This document shows positions 1-9,811 of a stretch of 64,000 nt of DNA, piece after piece. The stretch spans positions 1,872,673-1,936,672 of the forward strand of contig CP070669.1 of assembly GCA_020351835.1 (NCBI GenBank). Direction: 5' to 3'. The position numbers and the translations under genes were made by a program. Origin of the DNA: Nitrospirota bacterium (GTDB lineage Bacteria > Nitrospirota > Thermodesulfovibrionia > Thermodesulfovibrionales > BMS3Bbin05). Below the pieces are notes generated by a model, which saw only the letters and a program-made list of their open reading frames with translations, was not told the origin of the DNA and made no database searches. How positions within the stretch are numbered: position 1 is the stretch's first letter; every line of letters begins with the position of its first letter.

Positions 1-762
1 GTATCTCAGCTCACTTCGTCTTTCGCCCATCAGGCTAACCATCGATACCTCATCGAAGATGAGCTCGTTAGGGCCTTCGACGGATTCAAAGACCTCGCCT
101 TCTTCGGTCTTCATTCCTATGCTCTTCTCTAACTCTCTGAGCGCGATATTCAATCCCATCTCAGCACTCAACAGTTCCTGTCTTGCTGAAGCCAGTTCGA
201 CCTCTACCTTAAGGAGATCGTTCTTAGCGATCAATCCGCTTGAATAGAAAAGTTCAGCATCTTTTCTCTGCCTCTCGAGCAAACTCACAGCATCCTTCTT
301 GACCACAACGTTATCCTGCGACCTGAGCACTGAAAAATATCTCCCTTTTACTTTAAGGATAGTGTCAGCCTCTACTGACCTGGCCATATACCTGGCGGCA
401 TCGTATTCTGAAACTGAGCTCTTTAGCGAAAAATAATCCCTGAAACCGTTAAACAGGTTAATACTGGCCGAAGCAGCAAAGGTGGATGACTCTTCAGTCA
501 GAGGTGCTACAAAGTTCTCATGCTTATCATAGTCATAACCCAGATCGACCTTTGGAAGGAAATCTGACCATGCCGATGCCGCTCTGCTCTTTTGAGCATT
601 TGAGATGTTCCTGTACTTCTTGATCTCGTGGTTATTCTTAAGTGCAAGGTCTATAGATTCTTCAAGCGTTATCGCCATTGCCTTGCAGTTATATGTCCCC
701 GATAACAGTATCAATGAAAATATCGCCGATGTAAGTATAAGAAGATATCGTTCAATCTTCAT
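1..762 (-). CDS. TolC-family outer membrane efflux protein (5' part only; gene runs off the left edge)
   Basis: Absent from the ORF track because no stop lies inside the window. Checked by hand: the minus-strand frame from ATG 762..760 is open to base 1 (254 codons). Translation MKIERYLLILTSAIFSLILLSGTYNCKAMAITLEESIDLALKNNHEIKKYRN... shows a signal peptide followed by the L-E-E-x-I-x-L-A-L-x-N-N start typical of TolC/OMF proteins. It overlaps the RND pump stop by 11 nt, completing an MFP-RND-OMF operon. Confidence 0.7.
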   Translation of the reverse strand, partial: MKIERYLLILTSAIFSLILLSGTYNCKAMAITLEESIDLALKNNHEIKKYRNISNAQKSRAASAWSDFLPKVDLGYDYDKHENFVAPLTEESSTFAASASINLFNGFRDYFSLKSSVSEYDAARYMARSVEADTILKVKGRYFSVLRSQDNVVVKKDAVSLLERQRKDAELFYSSGLIAKNDLLKVEVELASARQELLSAEMGLNIALRELEKSIGMKTEEGEVFESVEGPNELIFDEVSMVSLMGERRSELRY

Positions 763-3700
763 CCGGGCCTCCGTATGAGACACCGACCGTTTCCATCCTG
801 ATCACGAACATCAACAAGGCCGGGATCAGAAATACGGTGAATATCGTTGAGATGGCGATCCCGCCGATGATCACACTGCCGAGCCCCCTGTATAGTTCAG
901 ATCCAGCCCCACCGATCACTACGAGCGGTAGCATCCCGAAGATACTGGTAGAAGCGCTCATATAAATTGGTCTCAACCTTACTCTAACTGATTCTATAAC
1001 AGCTTCCTTATGGTCCATACCGTTATACCTGACATTATTAAGGGCTTGATGGACTATCAATATAGCGTTATTAACAACAACACCTACAAGTATGACAAAA
1101 CCAAGCATCGTTACAATGTCCAAAGGCTGAAGCACAAAGAGGTTCATTATCCTCAAGCCAAGGAAACCTCCTGCCCCGGCAAGCGGAACGGTGAACATGA
1201 TAATAAGCGGGTATAGAAAATTACCGAACAGAGCCGACATTAGGAGATATGCTATCAAGGCCGCTAAAATGAAATTCCACTGTAAAGTACGGCTTGCTTC
1301 CTTAAGTTTATCGGCTGCACCGCTTATCCTGACGTTTACACCTTTGAACACTCCTCCTTTCTGCAATGGAGCAACGATGTCATTTGTTATAGTGTTTACT
1401 GCAGTCTCTAACGGCACCTCAAGCGGGGGTGTGACCTGGAGAGTTATGGTACGAGTGCGTTCAAGATGTCTTATCTCCGTTATTCCAAATGTCCTTTCCA
1501 TGCTTGCAAGAGACGATACAGGAACTATTTGCCCTTTAGGTGTAACTATAGAGCTGGAATAAAGTTCTTCAGGAGTGTTAATAGATGTTTGAGTTGTCAT
1601 AAGGATCATATCCCGTTTCTTCCTGCCCTGCTCCTTGAAATCTCCGATATCACTGCCGTCCATTATGACATCCAGTGCTATCCCCAGGTCGTAAGCACTT
1701 AGCCCGCTGGCCTTCAGACGGTCACGGTTGGGGACAAGCTTTATCTCCGGGTACTGCAGTTCTACAGACGGCACCGGCCTTACCCTGCTATAGACGGCAC
1801 GAACCTTGACGAACAACATCCCGGCTGCCCTTACAATGTCGTTTATATTGTCACCAGAAACGTCTACGTCGATCGTTCTGCCTCGAGCGAACCTTGTCTG
1901 GAATATACCAGGCTGGAGGGCAACCCCATACATCCCCGGTATAGTATATATAAGCCTGTTAAAGAGAGGGACAAGTTCAGAAGCCCTTTCCCAGTCAGAT
2001 GATAATGCCCCGAATAACATGATGCGGTCATGCCCTACATAGAACATGTTCTCTATTGCCGGAAATCCCTGGTGTTCCTGCTTGAGGTGCGGCTTCACCT
2101 CTTTAAATATATTCTCGCCGATCTCCATCCTTTCCTGAACAGAAAGTCCCGGTGGAGGAGCAAGTATTGTCAGGACAAAGTTTCTGTTGCCCTGAGGCAG
2201 ATACTCCCTCGGAGGAAAGAAAATCATCGTAATAAGTAAGGCGGCTCCTATCAATGCGCCAACCGTTATAGCTCTGGACCTCAGATCCCTTATACATAAC
2301 GAGACCAGTGCGATCATACGGTCAATTATCCTGTTGCCGATATCAGTTAAGGGATTTGCCCTTAAACTGACCCCACCCTTTTTAAGGCTGAATAATTTGT
2401 TGGCAAAGGTCGGAATAACGGATATCGAAACAAAGAGGCTTATAGTAACGGCAGACACAACGGCTATAGCTATGTCGCTAAAAAGCTGGCCCGACTCCTC
2501 TTTGAGGAAAACGACCGGAAGGAATACGGCAATAGTTGTTAACGTTGACGCAAGGACCGCACCCCACACCTCACTGGCTCCCTTATATGCAGAATCGAAC
2601 GCTGACTTGCCCAGTTTTCGGTGCCTGTCTATGTTCTCGATCACTACGATCGCATTATCCACTAGCATTCCCACTGCAAAAGCTATCCCGGACAGGCTCA
2701 CTACATTCAGGCTTCTGCCAAAGGATTTCATGAATATGAATGTTCCTATTATACTTATCGGTATTGAGGTAGCGACCACTATTGTAGAACGGACACTTCT
2801 TAGAAATATAAGAAGTACTGATATAGCGAGGATACCTCCGATAAAAATATTCTTCTGGATCTGACTGATAGCCCCTTCAATATAGTGCCGCTGGTCGTAT
2901 ACCCAATGAAAATAGATCCCGTTATCCTTCATTTTGGTATCGTTAAGCTCTTTTACGACCCGCTCCACTCTTCTTGTCATTTCCAGAACGTTAGTACCCG
3001 GCTCAGGCTTGATTCCGAATGCCATACCTCCGGAACCATTATGCAAGACGGCAGAGACCTTCGTTGAATACCCTTTCTTTACGTCAGCTACATCACTTAA
3101 CAGTGTGCGAGCCTGGCCTGAAGACATTAGAACCAGGGCATTTACATCCTCTATGGAACTAAACTCTCCGGTCGTTCTTATCCTGAAATCTCTTCTCCCA
3201 ACACCCATAACCCCGGCAGATATATTAGCGTTCTCGACGTTCAACACGTTAATAACATCACTGATCGTCAAGCCATGCGCAGCGAGCTTCTCCTGGTCCA
3301 TGATGATATGAAGTTCCTCTGCCCTGCCGCCGGGAACGAATATATCAGCAACTCCCTCAACTCTCTCAAGGTGTTGCCTGATCTCATCCTCAAAAAAGCT
3401 CAGGTAAGTATCTACTTCACGCGGGTTTCCTTCTTCGGTACGCATTACTATCCATATTACAGGTGACGTTGCGGAACCCGTTGCATTTATGACAGGCTTA
3501 TCAGCCCCCTCGGGGTACCTCTTTACCTCATTAAGTTTATTGGATACCCTTAACAGCGCATCATCAACGTCTGTATCTATCGTAAATCTAAGGGTTATAG
3601 TTCCACGGTCGTTAAAAGAATCGCTCTCCATCTCAGTAAGGCCGGTAATACCTTTCAGGGTATTTTCCTGCTCCTCGATAATGTCTCTTTCGACCTCATA

Positions 3701-3868
3701 GGGGGATGCCCCTCTCCATATGGTCGTTATGGTTATTTCAGGGACAGTAACTGACGGGCTAAGCTGGTAAGGCATGGCCTTAAGGCCTATGATACCGAAC
3801 ATTAGGATAAGAAGGATGCCCACTATCACCGTTACCGGTTTCTTTATAGAAAATCCTATCAGGTCCAT
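752..3868 (-). CDS. RND (AcrB/HAE1-type) efflux transporter, inner membrane pump
   Basis: A ~1040-aa ORF with 12-TM RND architecture and two large periplasmic loops. N-terminus MDLIGFSIKKPVTVIVGILLILMFG is typical. I place the start at ATG 3868 (GAGGAA 6 nt upstream) rather than ORF-track 3892. It lies between an MFP gene and a TolC-like gene. Confidence 0.9.
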   Translation of the reverse strand: MDLIGFSIKKPVTVIVGILLILMFGIIGLKAMPYQLSPSVTVPEITITTIWRGASPYEVERDIIEEQENTLKGITGLTEMESDSFNDRGTITLRFTIDTDVDDALLRVSNKLNEVKRYPEGADKPVINATGSATSPVIWIVMRTEEGNPREVDTYLSFFEDEIRQHLERVEGVADIFVPGGRAEELHIIMDQEKLAAHGLTISDVINVLNVENANISAGVMGVGRRDFRIRTTGEFSSIEDVNALVLMSSGQARTLLSDVADVKKGYSTKVSAVLHNGSGGMAFGIKPEPGTNVLEMTRRVERVVKELNDTKMKDNGIYFHWVYDQRHYIEGAISQIQKNIFIGGILAISVLLIFLRSVRSTIVVATSIPISIIGTFIFMKSFGRSLNVVSLSGIAFAVGMLVDNAIVVIENIDRHRKLGKSAFDSAYKGASEVWGAVLASTLTTIAVFLPVVFLKEESGQLFSDIAIAVVSAVTISLFVSISVIPTFANKLFSLKKGGVSLRANPLTDIGNRIIDRMIALVSLCIRDLRSRAITVGALIGAALLITMIFFPPREYLPQGNRNFVLTILAPPPGLSVQERMEIGENIFKEVKPHLKQEHQGFPAIENMFYVGHDRIMLFGALSSDWERASELVPLFNRLIYTIPGMYGVALQPGIFQTRFARGRTIDVDVSGDNINDIVRAAGMLFVKVRAVYSRVRPVPSVELQYPEIKLVPNRDRLKASGLSAYDLGIALDVIMDGSDIGDFKEQGRKKRDMILMTTQTSINTPEELYSSSIVTPKGQIVPVSSLASMERTFGITEIRHLERTRTITLQVTPPLEVPLETAVNTITNDIVAPLQKGGVFKGVNVRISGAADKLKEASRTLQWNFILAALIAYLLMSALFGNFLYPLIIMFTVPLAGAGGFLGLRIMNLFVLQPLDIVTMLGFVILVGVVVNNAILIVHQALNNVRYNGMDHKEAVIESVRVRLRPIYMSASTSIFGMLPLVVIGGAGSELYRGLGSVIIGGIAISTIFTVFLIPALLMFVIRMETVGVSYGGPDED

Positions 3869-3878
3869 TTCGACTTCC

Positions 3879-4952
3879 TCAGTTCCCTGCAACTACTGGC
3901 TGGCCTTCTCTCAGGCGTTCATTACCTTTAGTGACAACTTTCATTCCTTCTTTCAGTCCTTGCGATCTGACACCGGCATTAAAACCATCGTAACCGACCA
4001 CTTGAACCGGGATAGGTTTGGCTTTGCCATTATCAGTGATAAATACCAACGTCATACCGAACTGAGTTATCACAGCATCTCGATTAACCAGCATTACGTT
4101 CTCTTTTGCACCGGAGGGAAGCCTTACCCTGGCTTCCATACCTTCCTTTAATGAACCTTCGTTCCTTAGCCTTATCCTTACGGGAAATGTCCTTGTGGCA
4201 ATATCTCCTTTTGGAACGACCGCCCTTATTTTTCCTTTCAATTCCCGATTTCCCGTTTCTACAGGAACTTCTGCACCGATCAAGATAAATTCCACAATGT
4301 CCTGCGGCACGTTCACTATGACATCTATCTCGTTGTCCCTGGCAACGGTAGCCACATTACTGCCTGATGAGATCCACTCTCCTCTGTCTACGCTCTTTTT
4401 GATCACCACTCCATTGAATGGCGACCTTATCTTCATCTTGCCAAGCTCGATCTCCAGCTTTGCCACTTCTGCCCTTAATGAAGCAGCCCTGCTCTCAAGT
4501 GCCTTTACAGTGAACCTGTTCTCATCATAAACCTTTTCCGAAACTGCATCCTGCTTGAACAGAGGTTCTACCCTTTCAAGGTCAAGCTTTGCCCGATCCA
4601 GGTCTGCAAGAGCCTGTTCATATGACGACCTCGTCGACTCCAGAACCTTTTCTATAATTTCCGTGCTAAGCTCAACAAGAACCTCCCCTTTCTTTACTCT
4701 TTGGCCTTCTTCTATCATTATCTTTAAAGCTTTACCGCTTACCTCGGCAGAAAGGTCCGAGACCTCCGCAAAGTAGATTGATCCGATGAAAATACTGTCA
4801 GGAGCGATCATGCCAGACCTTACATCGCCAACTACCACCTTGGCAGGAGGTGGTCCTCCAGCCTTATTCTCTTCCTGAGCCAGGGCTGTTCCGTTAAAAA
4901 GTAAATTGATCAAAAAGATAATGGCCAGGATACCTGCAAGTTTAATTCTCAT
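3879..4952 (-). CDS. Efflux RND periplasmic adaptor (membrane fusion protein, HlyD/AcrA family)
   Basis: 357 aa with signal peptide MRIKLAGILAIIFLINLLFNGTALA, a coiled-coil hairpin segment (QALADLDRAKLDLERV...AEVAKLEIELGK), and lipoyl and beta-barrel-like regions. It sits directly upstream of the RND pump. Confidence 0.85.
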   Translation of the reverse strand: MRIKLAGILAIIFLINLLFNGTALAQEENKAGGPPPAKVVVGDVRSGMIAPDSIFIGSIYFAEVSDLSAEVSGKALKIMIEEGQRVKKGEVLVELSTEIIEKVLESTRSSYEQALADLDRAKLDLERVEPLFKQDAVSEKVYDENRFTVKALESRAASLRAEVAKLEIELGKMKIRSPFNGVVIKKSVDRGEWISSGSNVATVARDNEIDVIVNVPQDIVEFILIGAEVPVETGNRELKGKIRAVVPKGDIATRTFPVRIRLRNEGSLKEGMEARVRLPSGAKENVMLVNRDAVITQFGMTLVFITDNGKAKPIPVQVVGYDGFNAGVRSQGLKEGMKVVTKGNERLREGQPVVAGN

Positions 4953-5101
4953 CTTACCTCCGCTAAATTTGAAAAAGACTCTTTGTTATCTTTAATAAGT
5001 AACTGGCGTCACCATGAAGAACCAGTGGACGGTTCCCATATCAAACACTTAAGTATCAATTAAAATTCTAACAAAAAAACAAATCGAATAGATACTATTT
5101 T

Positions 5102-5752
5102 TTATCTTTTTACCTGTGACTTTAGCCACCGGAGCCAGTCATCCAACCCGGTACCTTTCTTTGCTGAACATTCTATTATCTTGATCTTGCCATTAAGTGA
5201 TATTACATCCTGCTTTATCTTATCAACGTTAACATCAAGATGCTCGGCAAGGTCCATCTTGTTCAGAAGTAGCACAGATGCCTCCTGAAACATCAGGGGG
5301 TACTTGAGAGGCTTATCGTCTCCCTCCGTTATGCTCAATACCATCGCTTTTACATCCTCTCCTACGTTGAACTCAGCTGGGCAAACAAGATTACCTACAT
5401 TTTCGATGAATACCAGGTCCAGTTCACTAAGAGGCATATCTTTTAAGACCTCGTTGATCATATTAGCGTCCAGATGGCAGGCGCCTCCTGTATTTATCTG
5501 GACAACGGGCACATCAAGGGAACCGATCCTTTCAGCATCGTCAGTTCCCATGATGTCACCTTCTATTACTCCGATCCTTAGGTGGTCCATTAAGCCTTTA
5601 ACTGTCTGTTCCAGCACTGTCGTCTTTCCGGCTCCGGGTGAGCTCATAAGGTTCACAACATATACACCGTTTTCATCGAACAACGCTCTGTTATCAGCCG
5701 CTATCCTCTCATTTGCCTCCAGAATCCTCGAAACGACCTTAACCTTCATCAC
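5102..5752 (-). CDS. hypB: Hydrogenase nickel-incorporation GTPase HypB
   Basis: 216 aa with P-loop SSPGAGKTT, ENVGNLVCP and NKMDL GTPase motifs. ATGA overlap with hypA. Confidence 0.9.
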   Translation of the reverse strand: MMKVKVVSRILEANERIAADNRALFDENGVYVVNLMSSPGAGKTTVLEQTVKGLMDHLRIGVIEGDIMGTDDAERIGSLDVPVVQINTGGACHLDANMINEVLKDMPLSELDLVFIENVGNLVCPAEFNVGEDVKAMVLSITEGDDKPLKYPLMFQEASVLLLNKMDLAEHLDVNVDKIKQDVISLNGKIKIIECSAKKGTGLDDWLRWLKSQVKR

Positions 5753-6093
5753 GAAACCTCCAGTTCTATTATCTCCAGCTCTCTCCCGCTGGTCACTCTA
5801 AAGTCATCTGCTCCGCATTCGGGGCATTTGAATATGAACTTCTCCTCAACTGTGAAGTCACTGTTGCAGGAATTGCAGCAACCACCTACCGGTACCTCAT
5901 CTATGATCAGTGAAGCTTTTTCTGCAAGGGTACCTAATTTTACAGTATCGAAGGCAAAATAAAGGGCATCGAGCATTACACCCGATGCCTTTCCTATCTT
6001 CAGAGATATGGAATCTATTTTTTTGTAACCTTCACCCTCGCAGTTCTCAATGGCGATATCAAGTACGCTCTGAACAATGGATACCTCATGCAT
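5749..6093 (-). CDS. hypA: Hydrogenase maturation nickel metallochaperone HypA
   Basis: 114 aa. MHEVSIVQSVLD N-terminus (MHE nickel site) and zinc ribbon CNSC...CPECG. Confidence 0.9.
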   Translation of the reverse strand: MHEVSIVQSVLDIAIENCEGEGYKKIDSISLKIGKASGVMLDALYFAFDTVKLGTLAEKASLIIDEVPVGGCCNSCNSDFTVEEKFIFKCPECGADDFRVTSGRELEIIELEVS

Positions 6094-6407
6094 CAGCTCG
6101 CTTTCTTTAAATTCTCCTTTTCTTTCAGATATGCTTCTTTACCTGCCTTTAACGCGCCCTCGATGGCAGATCTTTTCTCCTCAAAAAGCTCCTTTCCTTT
6201 GTCGATAGTTGATACGACCTCGCTCTTCTTCTTATTCATATATCCTGCAGCATCTTCCCTGGCGTCATCAGAGTATTTTCTGATCTTTCCTCTCATCTCT
6301 TTACCTGACCATGGCGCTGCAAGTAACATAACCGTGGCTCCTATGACTCCACCGAGAAAAAAAGCGAGCAGAGAGTTACCGCCTTTTATTTGTTCTTCTT
6401 TGGTCAT
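6093..6407 (-). CDS. YtxH-like membrane-anchored protein
   Basis: A Gly-rich TM segment (LAFFLGGVIGATVMLLAAPWSGKEMRGKIR) is followed by a charged helical tail, which matches the YtxH pattern. Start placed at ATG 6407 (AGGAGGA 5 nt upstream) instead of ORF-track 6476. TGATG overlap with hypA. Confidence 0.6.
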   Translation of the reverse strand: MTKEEQIKGGNSLLAFFLGGVIGATVMLLAAPWSGKEMRGKIRKYSDDAREDAAGYMNKKKSEVVSTIDKGKELFEEKRSAIEGALKAGKEAYLKEKENLKKAS

Positions 6408-6505
6408 AATTTCCTCCTTTCTCACTCTTACGTGTGCTTCTACTATAATTTTATCAGCCACATAATTAAAAATCAAAGGAAATTTTTCCTATAGATTCCA
6501 ATATG

Positions 6506-7078
6506 TTACGTATCAGATTCGGGACCGGAGTTATACAGGTTCATGGCCTTTTCAAGTCCCTCGTTTATGATGATCTCGACTGCATCAGCCGACCTCTTGA
6601 TCGCCTCTTCAGACAACCTTGCCTCCTCAGACGCAATCTTTCCAAGGACATAACCCTCTATGTTGTCATGAGGGGGCCTTCCGATACCAATCTTTATTCT
6701 TATAAAGTCCTTCGAACCAAGTGATGATATGATAGAATCAATCCCTTTATGGCCTGCCGTCCCCCCTCCAACCTTTATCTTGATGCGTCCCGTCTCGATA
6801 TCAAGGTCGTCATGTATGACTATAAGGTCCCCGATATCCGCCTTATAATAGGACATAGCCGCCGTAACCGCCGCCCCGCTAAGGTTCATAAAAGTTAAGG
6901 GCTTTATAAGAAGTACTTTTTTACCTCCTATAAAGCCCTCTGCTTTCAGATAATTATCGTTCTTTTTGAAATTTGCACCGATACGGTCAGCTATTGCATC
7001 GACCGTAATGAATCCCAGGTTATGCCTGGTCCTCTCGTATTCGCTCCCGGGATTACCAAGTCCGGCGATCACATGCAA
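6506..7078 (-). CDS. pth: Peptidyl-tRNA hydrolase
   Basis: 190 aa. MHVIAGLGNPGSEYERTRHNLGF is the canonical Pth N-terminus. Conserved prs-ctc-pth synteny. Confidence 0.95.
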   Translation of the reverse strand: MHVIAGLGNPGSEYERTRHNLGFITVDAIADRIGANFKKNDNYLKAEGFIGGKKVLLIKPLTFMNLSGAAVTAAMSYYKADIGDLIVIHDDLDIETGRIKIKVGGGTAGHKGIDSIISSLGSKDFIRIKIGIGRPPHDNIEGYVLGKIASEEARLSEEAIKRSADAVEIIINEGLEKAMNLYNSGPESDT

Positions 7079-7083
7079 GGAAG

Positions 7084-7773
7084 TTAATCCTCTTTAGATG
7101 CTTCCGCCGCACCCTCTTCTTGTCCCTCTTCTTCCTTCTTGCCTTTCTTCTCTACTTCCGGCTCTTCACCCTCAGCAACTTCAGCTTCTTCCTCTTCTGC
7201 CACCGGCTCCTCGATCTTGGTAGGTTCAATAACCGACATTACTGTATCCTCAAGGCTACTAAGCACCTTGACCCCTTCAGGGACCTCAATATCGCTTACA
7301 TGAACAGAATTGCCAATTTCCAGCTTGGATATATCGATCTCAAAATGTCCCGGTATACGGCCCGGAAGACACTCTATCTCGATCTCCCTGAGCAATTTCT
7401 GCAGTATGCCTCCATCCCTCTTAACACCGACAGCAACACCTACAGTCACCACCGGCACGGTAATAGTTATTGCCTCCTCCATTGACACTTCAAAGAAATC
7501 AGTATGCAGAAGTTCATTGCTTGCAGGATCAACCTGATATTCCTTCAGCAAAGCTATCTTCTTTTCCCCGTTGGAGAAAGCAAGGTCGACTATGCTCTGC
7601 TCCCCTGCTGAAGCGTTAATGAAGTTCACAACCTCTCTTTTGTTGAGGGCTATCGCCTGGGACCTGCCCTCCCTGTAAATGACCCCGGGTATAGATCCTT
7701 CCCTTCTCATCTTCTTCGCTACCGACTTTCCCGTAGCATCCCTGACCTCTGTATTCAGAGTAATACGTTCCAT
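7084..7773 (-). CDS. rplY: 50S ribosomal protein L25 / general stress protein Ctc
   Basis: 229 aa. The L25/Ctc N-terminal and beta-barrel domains are followed by an acidic E/K-rich tail. Located between prs and pth. Confidence 0.9.
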   Translation of the reverse strand: MERITLNTEVRDATGKSVAKKMRREGSIPGVIYREGRSQAIALNKREVVNFINASAGEQSIVDLAFSNGEKKIALLKEYQVDPASNELLHTDFFEVSMEEAITITVPVVTVGVAVGVKRDGGILQKLLREIEIECLPGRIPGHFEIDISKLEIGNSVHVSDIEVPEGVKVLSSLEDTVMSVIEPTKIEEPVAEEEEAEVAEGEEPEVEKKGKKEEEGQEEGAAEASKED

Positions 7774-7791
7774 TATCTGGTCCTCCTTAAT

Positions 7792-8737
7792 TTATACGAA
7801 TAGCGAGCTGATCGAGGATTCGTCATGTATCCTCTTTATTGCTTCAGCAAGCAGATCTGAAATACTCAGAATTTTTAGTTTACTACATTCTTCTTTCTTA
7901 CTGTCAAGTGGTATTGTATCCGTTGCTATCACTTCCTCAAGAACTGATCCGTTTATCCTGTCTATAGCCGGGCCTGAAAGTACCGCATGTGTACAAGCAG
8001 CACCTATCCTTTTTGCACCGTTCTCCTTCAACACCTGAGCAGCCTGTACCATTGTTCCGGCCGTATCGATCATGTCATCCAGTATCAAAGTATCCTTTCC
8101 TTCAACTTCACCTATAACGTTCATGACCTGACATTCGTTCGCTTTCTCTCGTCTTTTGTCTATTATTGCAAGCGAACTTCCGAGCCTCTTCGCAAAGGAC
8201 CTTGCCCTTTCAACACCCCCGGCATCTGGAGATACTATGACAAGATCACCGTTAGTATAGTTTGCCTTTATATAGTCTATCAGAACAGGTTTTGCGTATA
8301 AGTGATCTACCGGAATATTGAAAAATCCCTGTATCTGCCCTGCATGTAGATCTACAGTTAACACCCTGTTGGTGCCCGATGCCTCAAGCAGGTCTGCAAC
8401 GAGCTTTGAAGATATCGGCACTCTCGGCTGTACCTTTCTGTCCTGCCTTGCGTAACCATAATACGGTATTACTGCAGTTATCCTGCTTGCCGATGCCCTT
8501 CTTAGGGCATCTATCAAAAGTAGGAGCTCCATAATGTTATTATTTACCGGAGCGCATGTAGGCTGGATAACGAAAACATCATAGCCCCTTACGTTCTCTT
8601 TGATCTTCACGCTTATCTCGCCGTCGGAGAATGTCGTGAGCTTGGTGTCCGAAAGCTCTACCTTTAAATGGTCAGCGACCTTTTTCGCAAGACTGATATG
8701 CGCGTTCCCCGACAGAATCTTGATTCCCTTTGGCATT
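7792..8737 (-). CDS. prs: Ribose-phosphate pyrophosphokinase
   Basis: [21 protein letters not shown]..., with [11 protein letters not shown] and the PRPP-binding loop [11 protein letters not shown]. Start set at ATG 8737 (AGGAGGTG upstream). The ORF-track extension to 8796 runs into tRNA-Gln. Confidence 0.95.
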
Positions 8738-8766
8738 AACACCTCCTGAGCTTTTTCATCACTGTC

Positions 8767-8841
8767 TGGCTGGGGCGGGAGGATTCGAACCTCCAAATGG
8801 GAGCTCCAAAGGCTCCTGACTTGCCGTTTGTCGACGCCCCA
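8767..8841 (-). tRNA. tRNA-Gln (anticodon UUG), CCA encoded
   Basis: Hand-folded 75-nt cloverleaf: acceptor TGGGGCG/CGCCCCA, anticodon arm GGAGC-CTTTGGA-GCTCC (anticodon TTG), T arm GGAGG-TTCGAAT-CCTCC, discriminator G plus CCA. Confidence 0.9.
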
Positions 8842-8965
8842 CTATTGTTTAATAACAATAGGTTTTACTGTTTTTATTAAAGGATATAATTAAGTATTTA
8901 AACAATGTATTAACGAGCAAATAATTATACTATTTCCATTATGCTCATTACAACAGGAACTTAGT

Positions 8966-9793
8966 TCAAATCGTACTCACAACGCTGGTCCAATAGCCCT
9001 TGAATTTCCCCCTTGCCCTCTCGGCGTCTTCCTTACTTTCAAAGACCCCGAAGACCGTTGAACCGCTTCCGCTCATTAGTGCGATCCTGGCACCAGTGTC
9101 CAGCATTTGTCCCTTTATACCTTCTACGACCGGATACCTGCGGAACACCGGCCCCTCGAGGCTATTTATCATCACTTCCCGGAGTCTTTCGAAATCGCGC
9201 TTTCTATAGGCCTTATCGAACTTATCTAATACAGCCCTCTCTTCTATCTCTATATAATCTAAATTGTTTCTATATGCCCAACCGGCAGATACAGGGACCC
9301 CCGGGTTAACAAGCAAAATATCGTAAGATACAGACTTATCAATGTACTCTATCCTCTCGCCCCTCCCCTTCATTACACAGAACCTCTCTGATACAAAGAA
9401 AGGTATGTCCGATCCTAGTTCAGCCGCAATTCTTAGCAACTCATCATTGCTCAATCCCAACTTCCATTCATTGTTCAATGCCCTGATCATCTCTGCTGCA
9501 TTGCTACTCCCTCCTCCTAGTCCGGCAGAAAGCGGTATGTTCTTTCGAAGCGATATATCGATGCCATCCCCTTTATACCCTCTCTCTTTGGTCAGTCTTT
9601 CGATAACTTTGAGTATAATGTTGTCAGGTATATTGCTGCTGCTATTTAGCGAGATATTCTTGGAAGGGTTTAATTCTATTTCGTCAAAAAGCGAGACCCT
9701 TTGTACAGTTGACAGGATGTCATGGAACCCGTCATCTCTCTTGCCCAGAACATAAAGGAACCAGTTTATCTTGGCCGGTGACCCGATCGTCAT
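8966..9793 (-). CDS. ispE: 4-diphosphocytidyl-2-C-methyl-D-erythritol kinase
   Basis: 275 aa. PAKINWFLYVLGKRDDGFH, the GHMP kinase motif PLSAGLGGGSSNAA, and conserved position upstream of tRNA-Gln and prs. Confidence 0.9.
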   Translation of the reverse strand: MTIGSPAKINWFLYVLGKRDDGFHDILSTVQRVSLFDEIELNPSKNISLNSSSNIPDNIILKVIERLTKERGYKGDGIDISLRKNIPLSAGLGGGSSNAAEMIRALNNEWKLGLSNDELLRIAAELGSDIPFFVSERFCVMKGRGERIEYIDKSVSYDILLVNPGVPVSAGWAYRNNLDYIEIEERAVLDKFDKAYRKRDFERLREVMINSLEGPVFRRYPVVEGIKGQMLDTGARIALMSGSGSTVFGVFESKEDAERARGKFKGYWTSVVSTI

Positions 9794-9811
9794 AATGCAT
9801 AATTACCATTT

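Noticed and set aside
5102-6093. hypA-hypB without hydrogenase structural genes as an anomaly
   Set aside because: Hyp maturation genes are frequently scattered away from hydrogenase operons. The window is too small to conclude anything.
8738-8796. 5' extension of the prs ORF ([20 protein letters not shown]...) reported by the ORF track
   Set aside because: It overlaps the 3' half of tRNA-Gln on the same strand. The canonical Prs N-terminus [10 protein letters not shown] starts at 8737 with AGGAGGTG upstream. The extension is an artefact of an open frame through the tRNA.
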